This document shows, piece after piece, positions 19,226-29,229 of a stretch of 64,000 nt of DNA; positions within the stretch are counted from its first letter, which is position 1; each line of letters starts with the position of its first letter. The notes below the pieces were generated by a model. The model worked only from the letters and a program-made list of their open reading frames with translations, did no database searches and was not told the origin of the DNA. Made by a program: the position numbers and the translations under genes. This DNA comes from Lachnospiraceae bacterium. Lineage in GTDB: Bacteria; Bacillota; Clostridia; Lachnospirales; Lachnospiraceae. The stretch spans positions 77,798-141,797 of the forward strand of contig JAFZQH010000030.1 of the NCBI GenBank assembly GCA_017550165.1, written 5' to 3'.

Positions 19226-20241
19226 CAGGCGTTCTCCCTTTTGATCAATACAGGTCTCTCCACCTTAGGTGCTCCCTCTTCCAAAAGCCATGTAGCCGCA
19301 TAATGAGTATCCGTGACTTTAAACATGGGCGGCATCTCCTCGAAATCTTTAGGGAGAGCGTATTTGTTCCTGCTGGCAAAAGCATCACCCTTAGGTGGAT
19401 TTAAAAGAGACGGGGGCATTCCCGGAATGGAGTGTAATATTCCGGTTTCCAAGGCTATCTGCGGCAATGAGGATAAAAGGCCCCATGTATAGGGATGCCT
19501 CGGGTCATAAAACATCTCTTCCACATCGCCGATCTCCACGATCTTACCCGCATACATGACCGCAACTCTGTCTGCGATCCTGGCGGCTGCGCCGAAATCA
19601 TGGGTTATAAAAACGATAGCTACCCCCGTTTTCTCACGTATCTCCAAGAGGAGGTCGAGGACCATTGACTTAACGGTAACATCCAATGCAGTAGTTACCT
19701 CATCTGCAAAGAGTATCCTGGGGTTAGATGCAAGCGCTACGGCGATCACACATCTCTGCCTCATCCCTCCTGAAAAGAAATGAGGCTGAAGATCAAATCG
19801 TTTTGCGGCGTCAGGTATCCCCACCATCTCCATTAAACCAATGGCCTCGATTTTAGCTGCCTGCTTCGTCAGCTTCTTGTGTTTTAATATCGATTCCGTA
19901 ATCTGTTTTCCAATGGGTATTGTGGGATTCAGTGTTGTCAGGGGATCCTGGAATACCATGGACATCCTGCTTCCGCGAAGGTTTCGCATCTGTTTTTCAC
20001 TGTATCCCGTGATATCTTCTCCGCAGACTATCATACGCCCGGCTTTGATCCTGGCATAATCGGGAAGCAGGTGCATTACCGACTGGCACATAACGGTTTT
20101 GCCACAGCCGGATTCACCGACAATACACAGGATCTCGCCCTGATGCAGGGTAAGGTCGACGCCCCTTACGGCCTCAACCTCTCCCTGTTTTGTATAAAAG
20201 CTTACGGTAAGATTATCAAGCTCTAATGCTATATCAGACAA
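19225..20241 (-). CDS. ABC transporter ATP-binding protein (OppD/DppD-like).
   Basis: Walker A GESGCGKT, signature FSGGMRQRCVIA, Walker B LFADEVTTALD. I prefer the TTG start at 20241, which is preceded by AGAGG at 7 nt. The track ATG at 20286 would overlap the SBP gene by 34 nt. Confidence 0.8.
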   Translation of the reverse strand: MSDIALELDNLTVSFYTKQGEVEAVRGVDLTLHQGEILCIVGESGCGKTVMCQSVMHLLPDYARIKAGRMIVCGEDITGYSEKQMRNLRGSRMSMVFQDPLTTLNPTIPIGKQITESILKHKKLTKQAAKIEAIGLMEMVGIPDAAKRFDLQPHFFSGGMRQRCVIAVALASNPRILFADEVTTALDVTVKSMVLDLLLEIREKTGVAIVFITHDFGAAARIADRVAVMYAGKIVEIGDVEEMFYDPRHPYTWGLLSSLPQIALETGILHSIPGMPPSLLNPPKGDAFASRNKYALPKDFEEMPPMFKVTDTHYAATWLLEEGAPKVERPVLIKRENA

Positions 20242-20252
20242 AGTATTACCTC

Positions 20253-21890
20253 TTATCTCGTGATAGTCCACTCTTCGATATTCCACATAACTCCTACGGA
20301 GTGGTGTCCAAGAACACGTGTTGTATCAAGACCCTTGACTCCCTTAGCTCCTACATAATTACCGTCAAGGTAAGCTACGAGAAGAACGCCGGGTGCCTTT
20401 GCATACTCAACCTCGAACTGTCCGTAGGCCTCAAGACGCTCTGCCTCGGTCTTGCCGCGGCGGCCCTTTTCAAGGAGCTCGTCTACCTTGGGATTGGAAT
20501 ACTTCATGGTATTGGAGCTTCCGTTAGTCACGAATTGCTTATAAGCCATATCCGGGTCGAACTGGGTTGCAAAACCTGCCAGGAATCCGTCATATCCGGC
20601 TTTCCAATCGAACTTTGTCACCAGGCAGACTTCCATCTCAACGCCGGCTTTCTTAAGCATGCTTGACATAAGGTTTGCTATATCAACACGCTCCTCCTCA
20701 TAATCACGGGTCTGTATACGGAAATGGAACTTCTGTCCGTTTCTTGCATATATACCGTCAGATCCCTTTTCCCAGCCAAGCTTCTTCATTTCCTCATCAA
20801 ACTTGGTAAGATCATAACTGTAGATGTCAGCTTCCTTATTGGATCCTAAGGGGTTCTTCTGTATCGGGCTGTATGCAGCCTGTCCCTGATTGTTCAGAAC
20901 GCTCTTGATGATAGCATCCTTATCAAGGGCATAATTCAATACGCCTATAGAATCCTTATTATTTTTCCAGAAGTCAGATTCCATAGCCATGGAAGCTCCT
21001 CTGTAATCTGCCGTTGCAAAATCCCATGTATTGAAGTTGGCATTGTCTTTGAACTTAGCCGCATAGTTAGCATTAAGCCATGCAAGGTCAGCCTCGCCCG
21101 ACTGGATCATGGTCGCCTTGGTGCTTTCTACTGCAACAGTCTTATAAACGATCCTGTCAATGTTGGGAACCTTGTCATAATAATCGGTATTCTTTTCAAG
21201 AGTGATCATGCCGCCTGTTGTATCCCAGCTTACGAACTTATATCTTCCCGTTCCAACAGGCTTTTTGTTAAATTCATCTGTGCTGATCTCTTTTCCTTCA
21301 AGAAGGTGCTTGGGGATAATGCCGATGGTGAAGTATCCCAGCATGTTGGCATTATACTTTTTCATCTTGATCTCGACATTGTTGTCATCTACAACCTTGA
21401 TGCTTTCAATATCTTCATAGTCCGTTGTGAGCGAATTGGAAAGATTTTTATCTTCAGTCAGCTCTTTATAGGTAAACTCAACGTCTTTAGCCGAGAAGTC
21501 CTTGCCGTCATGCCACTTAACGCCTTTTCTTAAAGCAAACTTGTAAGTAAGGCTTGCTTCATCAAAATCAACCTTCTCAGCCAGGTCATTTACCGGCTTT
21601 CCGTTCTTGTCATACTTCATAAGACCGGAGAAGATAACGTCAGTAAGCTCATCATGATTAGTAAGTACCGGATTGATGGAATCCTCATTCTCTCCTGCAT
21701 ATACGAGAGTGTTGGACATATCGCTGCCGGCCCCCGCCGAAGATGCCGCAGACGAACCTGCTGAAGCCGCAGCGCTGCTTGCTGCTGCAGTACTTCCTGC
21801 TCCTCCGCTGCCACCGCATCCTGCCAGCCCGATGCACAATACGGCCGCAGCCGCAAGTGCAACAATTGAATTCATTTTCCTGTTTCTCAT
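20253..21890 (-). CDS. ABC transporter substrate-binding lipoprotein, family 5 (peptide/nickel).
   Basis: Lipobox CIGLAGCGG, Ser/Ala linker, family-5 SBP-like body (VKWHDGKDFSAKDVEFTY). GGAGG RBS. Confidence 0.8.
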   Translation of the reverse strand: MRNRKMNSIVALAAAAVLCIGLAGCGGSGGAGSTAAASSAAASAGSSAASSAGAGSDMSNTLVYAGENEDSINPVLTNHDELTDVIFSGLMKYDKNGKPVNDLAEKVDFDEASLTYKFALRKGVKWHDGKDFSAKDVEFTYKELTEDKNLSNSLTTDYEDIESIKVVDDNNVEIKMKKYNANMLGYFTIGIIPKHLLEGKEISTDEFNKKPVGTGRYKFVSWDTTGGMITLEKNTDYYDKVPNIDRIVYKTVAVESTKATMIQSGEADLAWLNANYAAKFKDNANFNTWDFATADYRGASMAMESDFWKNNKDSIGVLNYALDKDAIIKSVLNNQGQAAYSPIQKNPLGSNKEADIYSYDLTKFDEEMKKLGWEKGSDGIYARNGQKFHFRIQTRDYEEERVDIANLMSSMLKKAGVEMEVCLVTKFDWKAGYDGFLAGFATQFDPDMAYKQFVTNGSSNTMKYSNPKVDELLEKGRRGKTEAERLEAYGQFEVEYAKAPGVLLVAYLDGNYVGAKGVKGLDTTRVLGHHSVGVMWNIEEWTITR

Positions 21891-21918
21891 GTTTTTCCTC
21901 CTTTTTTGCTTGTAATTA

Positions 21919-22746
21919 TTATAAATTGCTTGACTTTCTGTTAACCTCTTTTCTCAGATGGTTTCCGATATTGGTTATGCAGATAAGGGTTATTACAAGG
22001 AACAATCCGGGGATAAGGATGACCCACCATGTGTTCATGATAAGTGCCTTATTTGCAAGGGAGAGCATACTCCCCCATGATAATATGTCGAGAGGAAGCC
22101 CCAATCCCAGAAAGCTTAATGTCGATTCAGCCGTTATACATGCCCCTATTGATGAGACCACGACAAACATGATGGCCGAAAGGAAATTGGGGATAAGATG
22201 TCTTCTCATTACATAGAGAAAACTTCCTCCTATACTCCTTGCATATAGGACATACTCACTGTTCCTTATCTGACGGACCTCGCTCCTGACGATCCTGGCC
22301 AGAGCGAACCAACCGGTTATAGCCACTATCACCGACATGGAGAAAACGTCCTTGGCCGGGAAGATGGCTGTCAGTATCAGGGTCATCAGTATGGAGGGGA
22401 TACTCCCGCATAATTCAACAAAACGCATCATTACGGAATCAACCTTATCACCGGAGATCCCGCTGATACATCCGTATATGACACCTATTACCGTTATGAT
22501 CGCCGCTCCAAGGACTCCTATCATGATAGATGTCCTTCCCCCAAAGAACATTATCGAAAATAAGTCCCGCCCCAAGGAGTCCGTGCCAAATAGATACTCT
22601 GTATCAGGAGCGCGATTCAATGCGTCAAGATAATACTGTGACGGATCATGGTTTGTTATAAAAGGGGCGAAAATACAACAGATTATTATTATTCCAAGGA
22701 TAATTATCGATACTATCGGTTTTCCTTTATCTCTTTGAACTACCAT
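21919..22746 (-). CDS. ABC transporter permease (OppC/DppC-like).
   Basis: 275 aa with 6 predicted TM segments. Its start overlaps the stop of the upstream permease gene. Confidence 0.8.
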   Translation of the reverse strand: MVVQRDKGKPIVSIIILGIIIICCIFAPFITNHDPSQYYLDALNRAPDTEYLFGTDSLGRDLFSIMFFGGRTSIMIGVLGAAIITVIGVIYGCISGISGDKVDSVMMRFVELCGSIPSILMTLILTAIFPAKDVFSMSVIVAITGWFALARIVRSEVRQIRNSEYVLYARSIGGSFLYVMRRHLIPNFLSAIMFVVVSSIGACITAESTLSFLGLGLPLDILSWGSMLSLANKALIMNTWWVILIPGLFLVITLICITNIGNHLRKEVNRKSSNL

Positions 22747-23729
22747 TTAATAGTCCCCATTTCTTTCATTCTCGGGTCTATCTCCTCATTTATGGTCTGA
22801 GCGATAAAGCTTGCCGCAAATACGGCTGCTCCCGTGATAAGAACAACAACCATCAGAAGGTTATAGTCGTGGTATTTGGCGCTTTCAACAGCCAAACCAC
22901 CAATGCCGGGATAATTAAACACCGATTCCACCACAACAGTTCCCCCGGTAACATGAGGAATTGATATTGCCATGATGCTGACTATGGTGGGGGCAACATT
23001 CCGGAGACAATGCTTCCAGACAATCTCTCTCCTGGTACAGCCCTTTGATTTGGCCAAGAGTACATAATCCTTCCTGACCTCGTCTAAGAGCTTGTTTCTT
23101 ATCATATAGCCGTAATACCAGAGATGGCTGGCTATCATTACGATAAGAGGCAGAACCATATGAATCATACGGTTGCCCACATCATTTGCCTTGCCCACAT
23201 CATAAGCCCCACTGCTGGGAAGCCAGCCCAGATTGATACTGAAAATGAGTACAAGGACCACCCCCAACCAGAAGGCCGGGGTGTAGTACAATACAGTACC
23301 CACCTTGCAAATGAGCTTATCAATGAACTTGTCCTCATGCAGGACACAGAACACAGCCAGGACTGTTGCCAGGACAAATATAACTATATATGCCGTTACT
23401 CCCAGCAAAAGAGAGTTGCCTATAAGGGGGCTAACCACGTCAATTACCGGCATCTTATATTTAAAGGAGAGTCCGAAATCACCCCCCAAGGCATTCACAA
23501 ACCATCGTCCGTACTGGGTCAGGATATCCGAATCAAGTCCCAGCCGCTCTCTGGCCATTTGCTTCTCAACCTCGCTCATGGTATCCAGCTTGTCCCCGTA
23601 AAATGACTGGAGCGGATCCCCCGGAGCCAGCCTTGCCAGGCAGAAAGCTACCAGCGACAGTACAAACAACACAACAACGAATAACAATATTCTCTTTATT
23701 ATCTTTTTTATGACCGGATGTTTCTTCAC
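22740..23729 (-). CDS. ABC transporter permease (OppB/DppB-like).
   Basis: 329 aa. LARLAPGDPLQSFYG N-terminal motif typical of OppB/DppB. GTG start with AAGGAAG RBS. Confidence 0.8.
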   Translation of the reverse strand: MKKHPVIKKIIKRILLFVVVLFVLSLVAFCLARLAPGDPLQSFYGDKLDTMSEVEKQMARERLGLDSDILTQYGRWFVNALGGDFGLSFKYKMPVIDVVSPLIGNSLLLGVTAYIVIFVLATVLAVFCVLHEDKFIDKLICKVGTVLYYTPAFWLGVVLVLIFSINLGWLPSSGAYDVGKANDVGNRMIHMVLPLIVMIASHLWYYGYMIRNKLLDEVRKDYVLLAKSKGCTRREIVWKHCLRNVAPTIVSIMAISIPHVTGGTVVVESVFNYPGIGGLAVESAKYHDYNLLMVVVLITGAAVFAASFIAQTINEEIDPRMKEMGTIKW

Positions 23730-23871
23730 GATAAATCTTCCTTTAAAGCAAAAAACAGCAAGACAAGAATGAATTTACTCAACATGTCTTACTGTTCATC
23801 ATCCCCGTTTTGTTCCTTGGGAGATTGTATCATCTTTCATTTTTGTATATAAGCCCCTGTAGGGGATATTT

Positions 23872-23920
23872 TTTTAAAAAAAGGAAGAGACAGGGATCAT
23901 GTCATTGGCCTCTGTCTCTT
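23872..23920 (-). terminator. Intrinsic terminator, probably for the MATE gene. It is a degenerate member of the GACAGGG palindrome family.
   Basis: On the minus strand: AAGAGACAG-(18-nt loop)-CTGTCTCTT followed by CCTTTTTTT. Confidence 0.5.
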
Positions 23921-24048
23921 TCTATATGGAAGGTAAATTTTAAAATAAGAACGATTTATTAATCGAACTATCTATGATTATACCTATAGATAATCCCTCC
24001 ACAAGCCCCGTGGGGGGATATTTTAGGGATATTTTTTTAAAAATATTT

Positions 24049-25410
24049 TCAGTCCGGTGACAGTTTTTTGACCTTTAGAAGAAACAGCGCCGTAAATGTG
24101 CCTCCCGCCACGATCCATGAAGCGATATATATCCATACTATGCACTCCATAGTTCCAAACATGGGCAGGATAAACCATATTGAGAATACTCTCAGAAGAC
24201 ATATGGTTGTTACGGTTGTTATCATTGAAAGAAAAGTGTGTCCCAAACCACAGGTCACCCCGGAAAATGCCTCTGCAAACGAATAAAAGAAATAGAACGG
24301 ACACATCATGGACATATACTTTACTACCAAAGGAAGGATTTCTCCCGCATCCTTTGATGAGATAAACCATGTTCCGAAGAATCCGGAACCGAGGAACAAT
24401 ACAAGGCTAATGAAAGCTACTGTTCCGGCGGACATCAGAGTCCCCGATATGGCGCCTTTCTTTACACGTTCAGGCTGGCCGGCGCCCAGATTCTGGGCTG
24501 TGTATGTGGTAAGGGCCGGTGACATGGAATCAGCAACAAGCCAGATCAGGAGATCCAGCTTTCCGCAGATCCCCCATGCCGCAATGGCATCAGTGCCCAT
24601 TGTGTTAACACTTGCCTGTATTATTGAATTAGCTATGGGAAAAAGAATAGACTGTATGCCAAGTGGAAGTCCCTTCCTCAGGAGTTCTCCGATACGATCC
24701 GTGGGGAATCCTCCTTCATCACGTTTGATCAGGTCTCCCTCCATGGATCTGTTAAGAAGATAAAGAACTGCCACAGCGCTTATGATCTGTGCCGCAACGG
24801 TAGCTATTCCGGCACCGGCAACACCCATCCCGAATACTCCTACCAACAGAAGATCACCTGTGATATTAACTGCGCAGCAAAGAATAAGAACGTAGAGCGG
24901 ACGCTTCGTATCACCGAATGCACGGAGTATTCCCGCTGTCATATTGTAAAGGACCATTGACCATATACCGCCGAAGAAAATGGTGGTATACACAGTTGTA
25001 GGCTCAAGTATGTCTGCCGGTATGGACATTACCCCCATGAGCCATGGCGTGATAAAGATACCCACTACGGTGAAAACCACTCCCAGGATAATACCCACTG
25101 TCAGCGCCGCATGAACCGATTTTTTCAGATTCCTTTTATCTTTCGCTCCGAAAGCCCGTGATATAAGGATGGTGGCGCCTGCCGAGATACCATTCATGAA
25201 ATTAAGTGGGAATCTGAAAAGAGTGGCAACGGAATTGATCGCGGCAAGACCTACTTTACCCGCATACTGTCCCACTATAATGGAATCGGTCATTGTATAA
25301 AGCTGCTGTATAAGATTCCCCAGCATCATGGGGATTATAAACATGAGTATTGCCGTGGTTATATTACCTGATGTAAGATCAACCGTGCCCTTTTTTGTTC
25401 CGCCCGACAA
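24049..25410 (-). CDS. MATE family efflux transporter.
   Basis: 453 aa with 12 predicted TM segments. N-terminal sequence ILMFIIPMMLGNLIQQLYTMTDSIIVGQY is typical of MatE. TTG start with GGAGG RBS. Confidence 0.85.
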   Translation of the reverse strand: MSGGTKKGTVDLTSGNITTAILMFIIPMMLGNLIQQLYTMTDSIIVGQYAGKVGLAAINSVATLFRFPLNFMNGISAGATILISRAFGAKDKRNLKKSVHAALTVGIILGVVFTVVGIFITPWLMGVMSIPADILEPTTVYTTIFFGGIWSMVLYNMTAGILRAFGDTKRPLYVLILCCAVNITGDLLLVGVFGMGVAGAGIATVAAQIISAVAVLYLLNRSMEGDLIKRDEGGFPTDRIGELLRKGLPLGIQSILFPIANSIIQASVNTMGTDAIAAWGICGKLDLLIWLVADSMSPALTTYTAQNLGAGQPERVKKGAISGTLMSAGTVAFISLVLFLGSGFFGTWFISSKDAGEILPLVVKYMSMMCPFYFFYSFAEAFSGVTCGLGHTFLSMITTVTTICLLRVFSIWFILPMFGTMECIVWIYIASWIVAGGTFTALFLLKVKKLSPD

Positions 25411-25531
25411 GTAATTATCCTCCGTATCTTTGCGACTATGATTGCTCCTGCTTTACTGCCCTGATACATAAAGAATTATAATTATGCCGGGTATCTGCGC
25501 AACCCCCCTGGGGGGATAATTATTTTTAAAA

Positions 25532-25616
25532 AGGAGACAGGGGTCAAAAGGAGACAGGGGTCAGATTCCTGTCTCCCGTTTTTCAGGGAGACCGGAGTCT
25601 GACCCTCTGTCTCCTT
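25532..25616. repeat. Compound palindrome, an inverted copy of the 18269-18397 element.
   Basis: GGAGACAGGGGTCA x2, then GATTCCTGTCTCCC-GTTTTTCA-GGGAGACCGGAGTC, then TGACCCTCTGTCTCC. It matches the reverse complement of 18269-18397 at about 95% over about 90 nt. Confidence 0.9.
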
Positions 25617-25726
25617 TTTTTTAATTCACCTATCAAAACGGTTGTATTTCGGGTAAGAATGTGCTATCATAATCCAAAGCGGTTTTAAATATATATTTTT
25701 ATTACGCTATTACGGAGGTGCGATAC

Positions 25727-26530
25727 ATGACTATAGAAGAAATGAAGAAAAGAAAAAAAGAACTGGGCTATTCAAACAAGATGATATCGGAGCTTTCCGG
25801 AGTGCCCTTAGGCACCATTCAAAAGGTGTTCAGCGGTGAGACTTCTTCACCCAGACACGACACCATCAAGGCATTGACAGAGGTTCTCTCTTCCGATTAT
25901 ATGATGGTTAACGAGCCGGAACCTGTGTATGGGACTTCGCCGAGAAAACCGCCCTATGAGTATTCCGGAGAAAGGACCATAGCGGAATACGAGGCCCTAC
26001 CTGAGGGAACCAGGGTAGAGCTTATAGATGGTAAGTTTTATGACATGGCGGGACCGACCACTATTCATCAAACCTTGATTGCCAAGCTTGTATCCATCTT
26101 TGAGCATCACGTGGAAAAAAACAATGGACGGTGTATTCCCATGCCTGCGCCAACAGATGTACAGTTGAAAAAAGATGAGCCTACCATTCTCCAGCCTGAT
26201 GTTGTAGTGGTATGCGACAGAGATAAAATCAAGCGAAAGAGGATCATAGGTGCTCCGGATCTGGTTATCGAGATCGTTTCCCCGAATTACGCTTCAAAGG
26301 ATGTGCTTATTAAGTACTTAAAATACAAAGAAGCAGGAGTTCGTGAATACTGGATCATTTTCCCGGAAGAAAAGACTATCATGGTATACGATTTTGCAAA
26401 ATCCCCTGACCCGATGCATTTTTCTTTCGAAGACAGTGTTCCCGTGGGCATCTGGGACGGGGAATGCCTTGTTGATTTTAAACAAATATATGAACAGATA
26501 GAGTTTATGTATATGCTGGAGGATGAATAA
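25727..26530 (+). CDS. XRE-type HTH domain fused to a Uma2-family (DUF820, PD-(D/E)XK) endonuclease domain.
   Basis: The N-terminus (LGYSNKMISELSGVPLGTIQKVFSG) is HTH-like. The C-terminal region has ELIDGKFYDMAGPT, PDVVVVC and APDLVIEIVSP, which is the Uma2 pattern. ATG 25727 lies 8 nt after GGAGG. Confidence 0.7.
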   Translation: MTIEEMKKRKKELGYSNKMISELSGVPLGTIQKVFSGETSSPRHDTIKALTEVLSSDYMMVNEPEPVYGTSPRKPPYEYSGERTIAEYEALPEGTRVELIDGKFYDMAGPTTIHQTLIAKLVSIFEHHVEKNNGRCIPMPAPTDVQLKKDEPTILQPDVVVVCDRDKIKRKRIIGAPDLVIEIVSPNYASKDVLIKYLKYKEAGVREYWIIFPEEKTIMVYDFAKSPDPMHFSFEDSVPVGIWDGECLVDFKQIYEQIEFMYMLEDE

Positions 26531-26531
26531 C

Positions 26532-26567
26532 AAAAAGGAGACAGGGGTCAGACCCCTGTCTCCTTTT
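26532..26567. terminator. Bidirectional intrinsic terminator (GGAGACAGGGGTC palindrome).
   Basis: AAAAAGGAGACAGGGGTC-A-GACCCCTGTCTCCTTTT, located between convergent genes. Confidence 0.8.
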
Positions 26568-26581
26568 CTGACATTATCACC

Positions 26582-28261
26582 TTATGATTTCAATTCAAAC
26601 TTGTCTACCAGCTCTTTCAGATACTTGGCGTGATTGCTCATTTCGTAGCTAAGTGCCAGTGATTCCTCAGATGTGGCTGCATTATTCTGACCGGCAGATG
26701 CGATCTGGCCGATATCGGTGGACATGCCCTTAACGGAATCGGCATGAACAGTGGAATCATCTGCGATGGTCTTAACCTTATCGGCTATTCCCTGAACCTC
26801 GGAAACCATTTTGCCGAGCTCCTCGGCTGTAGAGTTAGCCACCGTGATACCTGTGTTGACATTATGCAGTGATGTATTGATCAGTTCGGCAGTGCTCTGG
26901 GCCGCCTGAGCCGTCTGGCCCGCCAGCTGCGATACTTCGGAAGCAACAACCGCGAAGCCCTTTCCTGCCTCACCTGCCCTGGCAGCCTCAATGCTGGCAT
27001 TAAGTGACAGCAGATTGGTCTGGGATGCAATGCTGTTGATGGTATCGATGATCTTGGAGATCTCCCTTGAAGAATCGGATATGGCGTTCATTGCATCCAC
27101 AACTTCCTGCATCTTCCTGTCTCCTGCAACGATGTTCTCGGCAACGATGGTAGCCTCTCTTGCAATTCCTTCAGCTTCCGTGGAATTGGTATTGATCTCT
27201 TTGTTGATCTTGTTAACGTTAACTTCCAGCTCATCAACGATAAGAGCCTGATTTGTAACGGTATCCGCAAGATTCTGGCCGGCACCTGCCAACTGTTCAG
27301 ATGCTTCCGAAACCATCTTGGATACCTGCATGATCTCTTGCATGGATTCTGAGATCTTCTTCGTGAAGTCTTCAACAGCAGTCTGTATATCCCTGAAATC
27401 TCCATCGAAATCTTCTTCGAAGGTTACATTAAAATTACCGTCTGCCATGGTAGACATTACTTCACTTATCTTATCTATATAGTATACTAGGGCAGAAACC
27501 GCAGCCCTGAGCCGGTCGGCAACTCTTCCGATCTCATTATCCTTATCATAGTCAATCTCAACATGAACATTTCCTTTTGCAATCTCTTCAGATGCATCGA
27601 TAAGAACCTGAAGGTCTCCTTCAATTCCCTTTATAAGAGCCGAACTCTTCTTGCGGGTGATGGATACTATGATAATGAGGGCAATGATGAGAACTATAAC
27701 AGCAGCCACCGTGATGGCCAGGATCAGAATATATTTGTTATGAGCCTCCGATTCTGCCAGCTTGCCCGTCTCGTCCAGGGCATCTGCCAATGTCTCTGAT
27801 ACGTCATTCAGAGTGGAGTTGTAATACTCCAAAGCCTCTTTGGTCTTGCCGTTCTCAACAAGGGTCAGCATTTCAAATGATGCAGTCTCCACAGCCTTCC
27901 AATCCTTCTCAAGCTCGCTGCCCAGGCTGGCGTTGTTCAGGTTCTTGGAAATGGTTCCGAAATAACCGCTGATCTTGGTGAATCGCTTCTCCAGATCTTC
28001 TCTCTGCGCAGCAGTAACCTCTTTATCGTTGGAGGACAGCGCAAAAAGCAAACGTTTATTGATCGTCTGAACATCTTTACGTATCTCCATCTGATACTTC
28101 TCAGTTACGAACTGAACATTGTAAAAGGTGTAGAGGTTAAATGCGATGACTGCAAGAAAAATGAGCATCAGAACAGAACTGATGAGAAAGGTTCTGATGG
28201 TTGAGCCGGAAAAACCATTCAAGGCACCGGCAATGGTAGTTTTGCTAGCTTTCTTTTCCAT
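26582..28261 (-). CDS. Methyl-accepting chemotaxis protein.
   Basis: N-terminal TM, sensor domain, second TM, HAMP, then the conserved signalling hairpin [37 protein letters not shown]. Confidence 0.9.
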   Translation of the reverse strand: MEKKASKTTIAGALNGFSGSTIRTFLISSVLMLIFLAVIAFNLYTFYNVQFVTEKYQMEIRKDVQTINKRLLFALSSNDKEVTAAQREDLEKRFTKISGYFGTISKNLNNASLGSELEKDWKAVETASFEMLTLVENGKTKEALEYYNSTLNDVSETLADALDETGKLAESEAHNKYILILAITVAAVIVLIIALIIIVSITRKKSSALIKGIEGDLQVLIDASEEIAKGNVHVEIDYDKDNEIGRVADRLRAAVSALVYYIDKISEVMSTMADGNFNVTFEEDFDGDFRDIQTAVEDFTKKISESMQEIMQVSKMVSEASEQLAGAGQNLADTVTNQALIVDELEVNVNKINKEINTNSTEAEGIAREATIVAENIVAGDRKMQEVVDAMNAISDSSREISKIIDTINSIASQTNLLSLNASIEAARAGEAGKGFAVVASEVSQLAGQTAQAAQSTAELINTSLHNVNTGITVANSTAEELGKMVSEVQGIADKVKTIADDSTVHADSVKGMSTDIGQIASAGQNNAATSEESLALSYEMSNHAKYLKELVDKFELKS

Positions 28262-28439
28262 ATGGACCTCCTTAAATAAAGTAAAGCCCTCCTGAATAGT
28301 TTCCTGTTGCTAATTATATATTCTCAAGTGTGTTTTGTCTATAATACAAAACATAAAAAGATTTAATAAATATCCCCCCGGGGAGGTTGTGGAAAGCCTT
28401 CTGCCCAAGTATACTACTCGTTGGACAGGAGGATTTATT

Positions 28440-29213
28440 ATGGATTCACATCTTTTCAATGATAATGCCGGATATTGGGCAAACAGGGCTTATGGATATT
28501 CTGTCGTCAATCAGGAAGAGCTGTCGGGCATTCAGCATCTAACCTGGTCTGAGTTTCTGTCAGAAAGAATTGATGATCATTTTCCGGGAAGGACAAGAGA
28601 GAGCATAAAGATACTTGATATCGGATGCGGTCCGGGATTTATCTCCATTATACTTACCGAGCAGGGCTACTCTGTTACGGCAGCAGATCTGACGGAAGAA
28701 ATGCTTGAGCATGCAAGATACAATGCCGGGACTCTTCGTGGAAGGATATCATTTGAAACGCAGAATGCACAGGATCTTTCCTTTGAAGATGGTACCTTTG
28801 ACGTTGTCTTTTCAAGGAATCTCACATGGAATCTTCCCGAACCGGAAAAAGCTTATTCCGAGTGGATGAGAGTTCTTAAGAGAGACGGCCTTCTTCTTGT
28901 GTTCGATGCCAACTGGTATAACTACCTAAGGGATGACGAACTAAAGAATGCCTATGATGAGGATCGGGCCAATGTTAATGCGGCCGACTTTGAGGACTAC
29001 AATATCGGAGCAGATTTTGACAAGATGGAGGATATTGCAAGACAGCTTCCCCTTACGGGTGAAAGCAGGCCTTTATGGGATATTGAGCTGCTGCGGAGCA
29101 TGGGGGCTTCGAAGGCATCATTTATTGAAAATGTAGGAGACATACTGTACTCGGAGAAGGAGAAGGTTAATTACAGATCGACACCCATGTTCATGGTGGA
29201 AGCCGTTAAATAA
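28440..29213 (+). CDS. Class I SAM-dependent methyltransferase.
   Basis: Motif I ILDIGCGPGF; FDVVFSRNLTWNL. ATG 28440 lies 7 nt after AGGAGG. The longer track ORF begins at a non-ATG codon further upstream. Confidence 0.75.
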   Translation: MDSHLFNDNAGYWANRAYGYSVVNQEELSGIQHLTWSEFLSERIDDHFPGRTRESIKILDIGCGPGFISIILTEQGYSVTAADLTEEMLEHARYNAGTLRGRISFETQNAQDLSFEDGTFDVVFSRNLTWNLPEPEKAYSEWMRVLKRDGLLLVFDANWYNYLRDDELKNAYDEDRANVNAADFEDYNIGADFDKMEDIARQLPLTGESRPLWDIELLRSMGASKASFIENVGDILYSEKEKVNYRSTPMFMVEAVK

Positions 29214-29229
29214 GGAAAGGGTTATCAAA

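Noticed and set aside
18482-19303. 273-aa plus-strand ORF. The same applies to 36279-37109 (276 aa), 47024-47722 (232 aa), 53847-54656 (269 aa) and 15270-15611 (113 aa).
   Set aside because: All lie antisense within genes that carry unambiguous family motifs (ABC ATPase, TPM protein, histidine kinase, P-type ATPase, membrane protein). None has a recognisable motif or RBS.
20242-20286. ATG at 20286 as the start of the OppD-like ATPase, as given in the ORF track.
   Set aside because: It would overlap the upstream SBP gene by 34 nt and lacks an RBS. A TTG at 20241 with AGAGG 7 nt upstream fits better. Either start is possible, and proteomics or Ribo-seq would decide.
28331-28353. TGTTTTGT-ctataat-ACAAAACA inverted repeat around a TATAAT, as a promoter/operator for the methyltransferase genes.
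   Set aside because: No -35 element is found at a workable spacing (the candidates are 13 or 27 nt away). The 8-bp arms are AT-rich and could arise by chance, so this is not reported as a feature.
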